Of a DNA stretch of 64,000 nt, positions 40,901 through 52,315 are shown in pieces. The stretch is taken from positions 622,001 to 686,000 of the forward strand of contig NC_045697.1 of the NCBI RefSeq assembly GCF_009834535.1, given 5' to 3'. Within the stretch, counting starts at the first letter, position 1; each line of letters opens with the position of its first letter. The translations under genes and the position numbers were made by a program. The stretch is from Camelus ferus. Taxonomy: Eukaryota. The notes under the pieces are model-generated. The model was not told the DNA's origin. It saw only the letters and a list, made by a program, of their open reading frames with translations, and made no database searches.

Positions 40901-43900
40901 ACGCCCAGCATCAGCCAACAGGCATAAAGGAGATGGTTCTGGTAACCTGAAGAGCTCCTGGAGGAGGGGAGACCCCGCCCCCACCTGTGGGCTTCTCACC
41001 TGCCCAGCCAGACTCCACAAGGAGAACCCGTCCTGTGAAGTGGGCGTCTCGGTACACAGACACTTCCTGCTGGTCTTCTCGGAGAGTCCCGGCTCACACA
41101 CGGTGCTGGGCCCACTTCGGAGTGAACCCCTCAGTGGTGAACCCCTGGCAGCACAGGTACCCTCAAGTCAGGAGGCCGCAGTGACCACAGTGTCCTCCGG
41201 CCCCTCTATCCTGGGCAGAGGAGCAACCCTGCTGCAAGGGCCTGGAGGACCCGCCCAGAGCCCCCAAGTCTCTGCTGTGGGGCGTCGGCTCTGGGAGCCC
41301 GTCACCGGCTCCACGTGGACTCCTGCCAGTGCTTCCTGTGCGTGGGAGTACATCTCAGGGGCCTTTGACAGATGTGCGGTAGAGGAGGGGCATTTACAAG
41401 GGGTCCTGTGTCCACATCGATGCTGAACAGCGGGGGTTTGATTTTGCAGTTACAGGAGGGACGATAAGTGGGCAGGAGATTCAGGGTCAAGGCTAATTGA
41501 CGGAGAAGCTGCTAGGAGTCGATTGTGAAGCATCAATTCTCTGTGGCAGCGTACGGCGGTCTGGGGGCCATCAGTGTCTCTGCTTTTGATACAGAGCAAA
41601 GCGCAGGCTCCTTATCAAGGCCAAGTTCAACGGGCCCTAAACTGCCTTCCAGCGCCAGGCCAGGCCTGAGCATGCACGCCTGAGGTGCTCACATGCCCTA
41701 TGGACCCTGGGTCAGACCCGGGGCCCTCTTGGTTCTCAGGGCTGGGCTGGCATGAGCCACCTTCTGGCTGGGCTGCAGGGACGGCTTGATGGTGGGAGTC
41801 CAGGTGCTCGGAGGCATCCGTGCCGATGTGGCTCTGGGTCAGGGTGGGCCCAGCTCGCGGGTGAGGTCCCTGCTGCCCTCCTTTATGCTGCTGGCTGCAT
41901 GCTTGGTGCTCCTCCCATCACCCCAGCGCCCCCTACCCCACTCCCCTTTCCTGTCACTAGTCCCCACCTGTGTGCCCTCCAGGGCAGGCCTTTTCCCTGG
42001 GCTCCAGGCCGGTCCACACTGCCCACTGAACAGGCCCTCTTCTGGGTGTCCTGCCGTCCAGAGTCCCCTCCAACTGCACCTCCAGAGAGACTCCTGGGTG
42101 CTCCGACAGCCCCTGCCCTCCCCTGATGGCATCACAGCCCCCTCCCACCCACCTTTTCCCCTCTTCCATCCTGACACTGCCTGAGGAGGCTGTCCTTGGG
42201 GCCCTGCCTGAGTACCCCATGGGGCACAACACTGGATGGAATGGGGTGCCGTGTGGTGTGGGTCAGATCTGTCCTGGGAGCAGGTGCTCCTGCACTGGGG
42301 CCAGTAACCGTGCAGTACAGATGAACCAGTAACACGATGGGACTCAACCTCCCTGTCTCCAGTTCAAGGGGGACAGCCCTGTGGGACTCCTGTCCTGCCC
42401 AACCCGAGAGTGTGACCGTGTGGGGCCAGGTATCCCCCAGGCCCTCTGCAGGCTGCCACTGCTCAGGGCGTGTGGCTGAGGCACCCAGGAGCTCCGTGGC
42501 CAGTGGGGTGGCTGTTGGGACCTTAGGCCACCATCCTTGTGTGTTTTGAGGTCCTGGGAATCGGCACTGCCCAACCCCAGGCTTTCATGCAGGCGGGGAG
42601 CCCAGAATGTGGCGGGAGATGGAGCTGGCTGCCGGCCTGGGCATTCACCTCCCGGAACGAGAGCTAGTTAGTGGATTAGTTACTTCCTTGTAAATAGTGT
42701 CTTTTCAAAATTGGGGACCCAGAGACAGGAGCCCCTATAAATGGCATTTTTATTACCATTGCCAGGAAGAAAATAAGGCCTGGAGATGGGCAGTGAGTTC
42801 CCTTCTCCACTCTTAGCGGCTGTCACATTGAGGGAAAAATACAGCCCGCCCACCACCTCTTGCTGCCCGAGCTGTGGGGCCTCGGCTCTCAGATCTTTGG
42901 GCCTGTCTCTGGCCCACTTCCTTCCTGCTGGGGGAGGGGGCTCAGGTCTGGCCCCAAGGCTGCACTGGGGCTGGGGAGACCTGGGGCCTGGCACAGCTGT
43001 GGGTCAGCCTATCCAGCCCAAGCCAGGGCCCAGGGAGCTGTGTTCTCTGCAGGCTTGTGACCAGGAGGGTGGATTTTGAAAGACTATGTGGAGAAGGCTC
43101 TGCTGGCATGGGGGCTGGTGCCCTGCATGGCCTGGGAGAGTCACCAGGCCTCTGGAGGAGCCTGCAGTGGGCAGAGGTCCACAGGGTGCCAGATGGGAGA
43201 GAGGGTGGGCAGGGGCAGAGGCCTCAGGCCCCAGGGCCCTCCGGAGGACTGCTCTAGTGCCCAGGCCCCCACTGAGGGTCTGGGGGCCCGCAGGCTGGAG
43301 TGAGCCTGGCTGAGGCTTTGGGCGGTGACCAGGTAGGGTAGGGAGTCGGGATCAGCAGTGGCCTAAGGAGACTGCTTCAGAGGGAGGCACCTGTGACCTT
43401 GCCTGGCAGGTGGAGGTCCCGCTTTGGCCATCTGTGGGGCAGCAAGTATACACACCAGGTTGTGTGCATGTGCCCTTCATGGTGAGCCCTGCTCCCCCAC
43501 CACACCTGGAGGCCTGGGTGCTGGGTGCTATGTGCTGGGACTGGAGGAGGCGGCTGGGGGCTCCAAGACCAGTGGTGGCTACTGCCCCTGGAGGAGAGGA
43601 GAGAGGGCCAGAAATACAGGGGCACTGGTCCAGGTGGGGTCACGGCCCTCAGAGGGCAGAGGAGACACAGGAAACCCGCAGGGCTAGGTCTGGAAATGAG
43701 GGAGCCAAAGAGACACTGGCGGGGAGAGAGGTGCAGGGTAACCAGCACCCTCGGGCTCAGGACAGGGTTCCACCCCAGGCTGCCACCGTGTCCTCCATCA
43801 GGGCCCCCACTGCTGGGACAGGGACTCACTGCGCAGCAGCTGGTCAAGACGCTGATAGAGAGCATGCAGTTGCTGTCCAGCACTGATGGTGCTGAAACCA

Positions 43901-44697
43901 AGCCTCCCTGCGTGAGTGCCAGACGCCTGCAGCCCACTGCCTCAGGTCCTCCCACGTCCCTGCCCAGCCTGTTATTGGCTCATCTGCAACGGGGCTGACA
44001 AGTTGCCCACAGCTTGGAGTCGCCCATCGACGGCTCACCCTTGCCCCGTTCCACCCGCGTTGAGTAGTCCAGGCACTGGCCTCCCAGCAGGGGCTCCAGC
44101 AGCTCTTGGATGCCCACAGATGGGTGGTGCTGGGGCCCCCTGAGCTTGGACCATCTCACCAGGGCGACCATGTTCCTATTCATGTCCAGCACAGGTATTA
44201 GTGTGTGAGCTGGTCGGTTCCCCGCTGAGCACCCCTTTACTTCTTATCCTTTGGCCTGAGCCCATCCCCCGCCCTTGGAGCCAGGTGACCTCAAGGTCCT
44301 CGGGTGCTTGGGAAGGATCCAAGGGTGTGAGACATGCAGAGAGTGAACTTGATGGTTAGTCTTGATTAGAGGCCCCTCTTCACCCCTGTGCATCTGCCAC
44401 ACCCCCGCCTCCTAGGCCCTCCGGCCAAGCCATCTGATGACCCCTGACACACCTGAGGCCCCATCTCCTGGAGAGGCTGAGGGTGGGATGTATCACCCTG
44501 CATTCTGTGTACTAGAGGGACAGGAAGGGTGCTTCATGCCTCTTCCTTTGGAGAGAAGTCCCTGGTGGGCAGCTGAGCTGAAAGTGGATGCTGCTGGGCA
44601 GAGACATGGGTGCCAAGTGGCTGTGTGTGACTCTGCCACACATCTTCATGGCCTCAGCAGCTGGATGGCTTGTTCTTTGTCTGTGATGCCAAGGCAG

Positions 44698-45798
44698 CAC
44701 CACCATCACCATTATCATCACCACTATCACCACCACTGCTATCACTGCCATCACCACCACCATCACCACCACCATCACCACCACCATCTTCACCACCATG
44801 ACCACCACCTCCACCATCACCAACACCACCACCACCATCTCCACCATCATCACCACCATGACCACCACCTCCATCACCACCACCATCTCCACCACCATCA
44901 CCATCTTGACCACCACCTCCACCATCACCAACACCATCACCACCATCACCATCTTCACCACCACCATCTCCACCATCATCAACACCATCACCACCACCAC
45001 CATCACCATCTTCACCACCACCATCTCCACCATCTTCACCACCATGACCACCACCTCCACCATCACCACCACCATCACCATCTTCACCACCACCATCTTC
45101 ACCACCATGACCACCACCTCCACCATCACCAACACCATCACCACCATCTCCACCATCACCACCACCATCACCACCACCACCATCTTCACCACCATGACCA
45201 CCACCTCCACCATCACCAACACCATCACCACCATCTCCACCATCATCACCACCATGACCACCACCTCCACCATCACCAACACCATCACCACCACCACCAT
45301 CTTCACCACCATGACCACCACCTCCACCATCACCAACACCACCACCACCATCACCATCTTCACCACCACCATCTCCACCATCATCAACACCATCACCACC
45401 ACCACCATCACCATCTTCACCACCACCATCTCCACCATCTTCACCACCATGACCACCACCTCCACCATCACCACCACCATCACCATCTTCACCACCACCA
45501 TCTTCACCACCATGACCACCACCTCCACCATCACCAACACCATCACCACCATCTCCACCATCATCACCACCATGACCACCACCTCCACCATCACCACCAC
45601 CATCACCACCACCACCATCTTCACCACCATGACCACCACCTCCACCACCACCATCACCACCACCACCATCTCCACCATCATCAACACCATCACCACCACC
45701 ACCATCACCATCTTCACCACCAACATCTCCACCATCATCAACACCACCACCACTTCCACCATCACCATTACCACCACCACCATCATCACCACCATCAC
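44698..45798 (+). repeat. 1.1-kb compound (CAC/CAT)n triplet array with higher-order duplication
   Basis: CAC/CAT with CTC, CTT, GAC, CAA variants, all in triplet phase; a block recurs at 405-bp offset (44951 vs 45356). Confidence 0.95.
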
Positions 45799-45799
45799 T

Positions 45800-45985
45800 T
45801 ATGGCATTTCCAGCATAAAACAACCCAGCCAAAGAGGTGTTTATTATCCTCATTTTGCAAATAAATATCCCAACCTTCCTCATGGAAATGAAGAAAAGTG
45901 CTCAAGGTCACACAGCTTTCAAGTGGAGGAATTACGGTTTGCATTGACATCCGTCTGATCCTGGAACCTTTGCCATGACCAAAGG
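45800..45985 (-). mobile_element. MIR fragment abutting the CAC array
   Basis: aacaaccc..ttattatcctcattttgcaaat..ctcaaggtcacacagct matches the MIR reverse complement. Confidence 0.6.
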
Positions 45986-48839
45986 CCACAGCTTCCTTGT
46001 CCCTCTGGCCCAGCATGGGCATGTGTCCTGAGTCCCCCACCCCTCCCATCCTGTGTCATCAGCAGGCATCGGGGCCTGTCTGTCCCACTCTCCCAACCAC
46101 GGAGAGTGGGGCCGCTGGGTTGGGGGAAACAGGAGGAGATGGGCCTGAGAGGTGGGGCCTTCGTGCTCCAGCTGGGGTGAGGGCCTCCCTAGTGAAGGTG
46201 GAAGCCTCTACCTCCGACCCCTTCCCAGGAGAGGCACGGAGAGCCTGGGTGGTCAGACTTTGAGCCGTAAGGTGCCAGTGGGGCCCACTTACCAGGAGGT
46301 GGCTGGTTGTGACTAGAAGGTCACAAGTGGGAGCTGTCTTCTCCTTCCATCCTAATGTGGCCGGGGTCTGGGTGAGGGGCTGAGGGTGCCCAGGCTGGGG
46401 GCTCTGAGGCCTCCCCACTCCTCCAGCTCCCCTCCACTCCCCGAGACGCTGTGTGGCTGCCCAGCCTTCTCTTCTGTCACCGCTCATACTGTCCCTGCTT
46501 CCCTCTTGGCTGATTGAGTGGGGTTTTAGCAGGTCCTTCAGGAAGAGTCCACCTGATGCTTTAGAAGGGGTCACTTCTGCTTGCATTGCTTTCCTGAGGG
46601 TATTTGCAACAACCCCTCATGGTTTCTCTGACGTTAGCTGGTTTTTTTCCCCCTCAGCCATGACTTGGTCATTTTCTTTTCTGGCTTGGGTGTCCTGGAC
46701 TGTATTTCCCAAGCTTCAGTGCTGATTATCTGTATCTGTTTTTCCTGGGGAACACTGTGTCCTTCCAAATCTTCCCTCTTCAGCAACGTTTTCTTAATTT
46801 TTAAAAATGTCCTGAAATTGTGCCGTGTGTCAGGCTGGCTCCCCCCCCTCCCCCGGCGGTGCTGTCAGGCAGGTGCTGGTGGCGTGTGCTGCCTTGTGGG
46901 TGCCAGCTTCCCAGACCCAGTCCCGGCCGCCCCTCCCTGACCCTGGCCTTGACCCCGTGGCGGCCTGTCTGCTTCCTCAGCATCCAAAGAGCCCTTATTT
47001 GAATCAACAGGTCAGGTGGCTCGCATGGAGCTACAATTTTTCGCTCTCACTTCTTTTCCTGAGATCTGTCAGCTTGTTCGCGGTTTCCCTCCATCGTCTT
47101 CTTTCTTTCTTGAGCTTTTGTGTTTCTGTTTTGAGCCCCTGATTCATCTCATGAGGCCCTTGTGTCTGTAAATCCTTTCTTTTTGTAGAGAACTGTTTGG
47201 TCAAATTTTTTCTCTCTTCTTTGGCAACACTTTCCTGGTAAGTTTTCTTTGCTTTTACTTATTCCCTCTGTCCCTGCCTGCCTGCCTCTCCCTCCCTCGC
47301 AGCCTGCCTCAGCTGGCTGGCAGCATTTCAGGGTAGCCTCTGTCCCTCACCCCCTTTCTGTCACTGCCACTCATCTTTGAACGAGGGGCCCCTGCCGGGC
47401 CTGGGAGCCTGGGGCTTGTCTGTCATCTGTGGAGCCTTGAAGAGCCTCTCGCTGGGTGGTCCCAGGTCAAAGAGGCAGGAGACCCCTGACGCAGAGTGAA
47501 GCTCGGAACGAGGCAGGGTGTGAGCGGGGCTTGGGGTGGGAGTGGGGTGCCGCGTGCATGTGTGTGTGTGTGACTCCCAGCTGCTAAGAAGCACGGGGAA
47601 GATGCTGCTTACCCACCATTTTGTTCCCACCTGATCCCACTGCCACTGAGGGCCCCGTTCAGTCCAACAGAGGAGGCCGGTGACCATCAGTGCCACCTGC
47701 AGCCCATCCTGTGTAGACATGCTGCCGGGTGCCCAGGTCCTCACGCTCCAGGAGCTGCACTGAAGGCCCCCTGTCCTCCAGCCCCTAGCCCGCAGCTGGC
47801 GCTGTGTCAGGCTGACGTAGGAGCGGGCACAGGTTGTAGGTGCCAGTGCTGGGCTTTGGTCTCCAAAGCAACTGAACAGCCTGCGTGCCTTTGTGTCTCA
47901 TGTACCTCTGTCTGTCCTTGCGCCCCTCTCTCTGTCCTTGTGTCCCTCTGTCTCCCTCATGTTCCTTGCTGGGCGCTCCTGCCAACCTAGCCCTTGGCTG
48001 TGTGAACCCTGCCCATCCCCAGAGGCCCCGCCCCCTTCCTCCTGCCCTCTCCTCTCCGCATGGCCTCCAGTCTCAGGCTTGGCCCCTCCTCAGGGTGACC
48101 CTGGGCTGTCCTCCACATGGCATCCTTGCCTGCATTCTGTCCAGCTGCCGGTGCACAGTTGACCCTGTTCTTAGGACAGCCTTGCCAGTCCAGCAGACCC
48201 AGGGTCCAGTTCCAGCCACAGCAGGGGCTCCCCGAGAGTGACACACTGTGTGGCCATCCAGGTGGCCCAGCAGAAGGGGGTCTGGAGGAAAGGGGAAGCC
48301 TGGGGGAGGACCTTCCCCACCCCCATCCCTACCTGTCCTGACGTCCCTTCAAGGAGCCGGGCTGGCTGCCAGGGCCCGTGAGACGGAGGGTGTGTTGTGG
48401 GGCCAGAGCTCTGCCCGCCCCATGGCCGGGGCAGGGCTGGGCTTCTCCTGGTCTTGCTTCCATGGAGGGCTCCTGTGGGGCCCCATCAGCCACAGCGTCG
48501 GGCCACAAGCTGGCTGGGCAGGAGTGACCCCTCGTCCCATTTGTCTCTGGAGGCGGGGGCTCCCTGTGGGGTGGCGGAGGGGGAGAGGGGAGAAATCAGC
48601 AGGAGGAGTGGGGGAGAAGAAGAGCACGGGGCCCCTGGCCACCCTGCGGGGTGCAGACCCTGGAGCGTGGCTGAGCAGGGCAGGAAGGGGCAGGGCAGGC
48701 TGGAGTCCTGGGGGGGCAGGCAGGACTCGGGCCCTGAGCCCAGGGGACATCCTGGCTGCGGCCAGAGGCTCTGACAGACGGCAGACGGGCTTCCTTGAGT
48801 GGGGCTGCGCGTCTCCCACCCGAGCCCACCTCCCACACT

Positions 48840-49035
48840 CTCAGCTATTGGTAATTAAGACTGTCTCCATTGTGGGCTAATTAGCAATTAGCATAAACAT
48901 AATTAGCCAGTGCCGACATTTAACTCATTACATTGTTTAAATAATTTTCGGAAATTGCCCCGAGCAGCGTTCTGTCAGCTTGCAATAATGGTGCCACTTT
49001 GTCATGTAAATTAAATGACATTTGTGTTGTTGTCT
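48840..49035. promoter_or_regulatory. Candidate conserved non-coding enhancer (homeodomain and TALE sites)
   Basis: AT-rich island with GTAATTAA, GCTAATTAGC palindrome, three AATTAGC copies and TGTCAT..ATGACA. Confidence 0.6.
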
Positions 49036-52000
49036 CCCTGGTGGGTGGGAGACAGTTAGCCCATAGGTGTCTTGTCCTGCTGTCCCCGGCCTGGCAGTGA
49101 GCCGGCCCAGCTTGGGCCCCTGTCCCCACCGTCCCTCTGGCCTGGCCAGTGCTGTGGGAGGAGGGGGAGGAGCCCAGGCTGGGTCCCCTGACCACGACCT
49201 CCCCAGGCCATCTCCCGCCGCCTGGAGCAGGAAGGGGGGGCCCGATTTTCCACCACCCTAGTGGCGCCCAGGACAGAGGGAGACCCCTCCAGCATCCTGG
49301 GGACTGAGGGTTCTGGGGTGCAAACCTTGGCACCCCAAATTGAAGCCTGTCCTGTCTGGTTGCAGCCACCTCTGAGGCCCCTCCCCTCAGGGACAGTCCT
49401 GTGCATCCCTGGGGGAAATCCGTCCAGAGGTTCCTGTTGGAACCAGCCAAAGCTGTCCTCATGGCCAGACCCCAGGACACCCTCCAGGCGGGGACCCCCA
49501 TAGCCCTGGCCTGGGGCCCCTGCTCACTGTATCCTCTCTGATCATCCTCGCAGCCAGCAGGTTGGCAGGCTTGACGGGTCATCTGTCCCAGAGCTGGGGA
49601 CCCCCTGCCACCAAGGGCCCAGGGAGTCCTGGCTGGACAAGACCAGGCCTCTGCCTCAACCCCTAGCCTGGACACCAACTCAGAGTCCTGCTCGAGGATG
49701 GGGTCTGGGAGGAAGTGACCCCATGTGACTTTAGCAGCGTAATCCCTGCTGAGCATTTCCTTGCATCCTTCTGGGAGCCCCTGAGCACAGCCCTGCGTCC
49801 AGCAGCCCCTCCCCTCCCAGCCAGGCCGTCCCCTCCCCCATGCACTCCCACCGCCTCCCCCTCCCCTGGCTTCTCATACCCTGTGCCCAAGGCGGAGAGT
49901 GACTGGCCCCAGGTCCCCCTGGGGACGAACAGGGTGCCCTCCAAGGGTTCATCTCAGCCCAGACCGACTGTCCTCCTCCCAGCCTCCCTAAGCTCCCCCT
50001 CCTGACTAGGTGGGCTGGCGGGTCCCACCCTCCTCTGCACAGTGGGGTCCTGTGTTCACTCCACCCCTCATTCATTTATCTGTTCATTCATTTGTCTCTC
50101 TTCAGTCCTGCCAATGGGGCAAAGCTGCAGGCAGGGCTTAAGGCATCGCCTGGACCCCTGGATGCTGCCTGCCTTGGGGCAGCCCTGACCTCCGGGAAAA
50201 CTGGTTCCACCTGCCCCCCTCCATGGGTTAACACCAGCATCCTGCTGAGTTTTCCCCCAGTGAGGCCCCTGGTCCTCACCTGTCGGTGGTGGGGACATAG
50301 GACACTCCTGTTGGCCCGGCTTCTGGCCTTTTGCTGTCTGTGTGGCCAGTTGACCCCTGAGGCCCCTCCCTCCCTCTGGAGGGTGTGCAGCCACTCAGCG
50401 AGCACCGCGCTGGTCTGTACCCCAGCCCGCTGGGGCCCCAGGCCCCTGATGACAGCACCGATGGGCAGGCTGCTCTGCTGTTCCTGGTGGGGCGGCAGAT
50501 GTGTGTCCCCAGCCCCGAGAATGACAACACGACTCGACAAATGAAGTCTGTGACTCCAGAAGTGACCGCCCCTCACCTCCTGCTCCTCAGGCAGAGTGGA
50601 GTGGCCTGTGGTGCTGGGGTGGCTAAATCAAATGGCCCCGAGGGTTGTTGGGGACTGGCTCTGGCTGTTAAGTGCTTGTCAGCGTCCACGGGTCTCTCTT
50701 GACTCTATAAAATTCCCAAGAATTATAGGAGCGCCGGGGTCACATAACTCATCGCACAGTAGATTTAACCTGGCGGCCAGTAATTCATATTTGTGGCGAT
50801 AATATTGTTTTCCACTTTCCGAGAGTTATCGCCGTGTCTCCCTTCCAGGTCACTATGGATATCAAAAATCAATTTGGAAAGATGGATACTGTCAGGGAAT
50901 AAAGCATGAAGGCGGCAGCCTCCCCCTCTCGCTGCCGTGCTGAGCAGGAGGGCGCCGCGTCCGCGCTCCTGAACCTTGGCGGGGGCTCTGATTGCTCGTC
51001 AGTGGGACCTGACTTGGAAAATCACGGGTTGTTCATGGCACGGGTCAGCTTCTCCCCAGGCGCCCCTCCCCACCCCCTCCAGACTCTGCCTGGCTGCAGC
51101 TCTCAGCTCCGAAGAGGCCCGCGTCCTCAGCCCTCATCCGCATCTCTGGTTCCTGTTCCTGTCTGAGTACATGCAGGGTGATTGGCTTCGGTTACGTGTC
51201 CCCCTCACCCTACCCCAGGCTGGGGGGCAAGGGGCTGCCGGACTGGACCTGCTGCACCCCACCCCTGCTGTGACCACCTGGGGGTTCCTGATGCTGGACG
51301 TGGGTTAAGGAACTTGAGATTTGCTCTCCAGGGAGATCACACCCAGTCTGCCTCCTCAAGCCCCAGTGCCCACCAACCCCAGCAGCACACATACAGAGGA
51401 CAGAGCTGGGCCCAGCTCGCTCTGGGGCCACATACAAGACCCCTCCTGCCCTGAAATGGCATCAGGAGGCCAGTGCAACTCGGGGAAGAAGGGGGTCCGT
51501 GGTCTCAGCCCTGGGTTGGGGTTCAGGGAAGGGTCCTGAGGAGGAGCCTAACCAGCGAGTGGAAGGGTGGCTGGGAGCTGACAGGCCTGAGGAGGCGGGG
51601 GAGGGGGTCCTCACCAGGGGGCCCAGGATGGCACGGGGACGGGCTGGAAAAGGGCAGAACTGCAGGATGCCCGCCAGGACAAGGGCTCTGCCTGCCCCCT
51701 CTCCTTGTGCTGGGGAGTTTAGGGCACAGCCCTGGTCCCAGGTGGCCCTGGGGCTGCTCTGCGTGCCCGGAGTGGTCCAGGCAGGTGGAAGCAGCCGGGC
51801 CTAGACCTCTCCACCAGGCGCTCCCCTCTGGTCAAGGGCCAGTGGTGGCATTTGCTGGAATGTGTTTCTCCAAGATGAGGCCAACAAATGTGAGGTGTAT
51901 TCAGTCTGGAAGACAGCTTCCGCAGGGCGGTCAGTGCGGAGAAGGACCTCAGCACCCACGGTCACACCCATCGTCCTCCCCAGCACTGTCCTCAGCACTC

Positions 52001-52179
52001 AGAGCCTCCCTGCCATTCCCGCACTGCGAGCCTGGGGCTCCTGCTGTCATGTGAAGGGCCTGGCATGTGGGTCAACAAGGGGGCGTGTGTCTGCAGCATA
52101 TCCAGGTGGCGTGAGCGAGGCCCCTGTGCATCACGTGGTGGTGGCGTGCTGAGCGTGAACTGGCGGCAGCTGCTTTGAG

Positions 52180-52315
52180 CTGTGCGCATGTGTGTGTGCA
52201 CGTGTGCCGTGTGCTCACATGTGCTTGTATGAGTGTGCGTGTGTGGGCATGTGAGCATGTGTCCGTGTGTATGTGTGTGTGTGCCATGTGCTCACACGTG
52301 TGCGTGTGTGTGTGC
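52180..52315. repeat. Imperfect (TG)n / alternating purine-pyrimidine tract
   Basis: tgtgcgcatgtgtgtgtgcacgtgtg... A similar looser tract lies at 28040-28230. Confidence 0.8.

Noticed and set aside
40856..40902. 15-17 bp tandem triplication (also a 12-bp duplication at 20129-20152) as a CRISPR-like or functional array
   Set aside because: No spacers, only 2-3 units, eukaryotic context; ordinary slippage duplications.
44437..45958. 475-aa poly-His, 386-aa Thr/Ile, 428-aa Val/Met and 409-aa Gly/Asp ORFs as real proteins
   Set aside because: All are frames of one triplet repeat; no splice, promoter or domain support.
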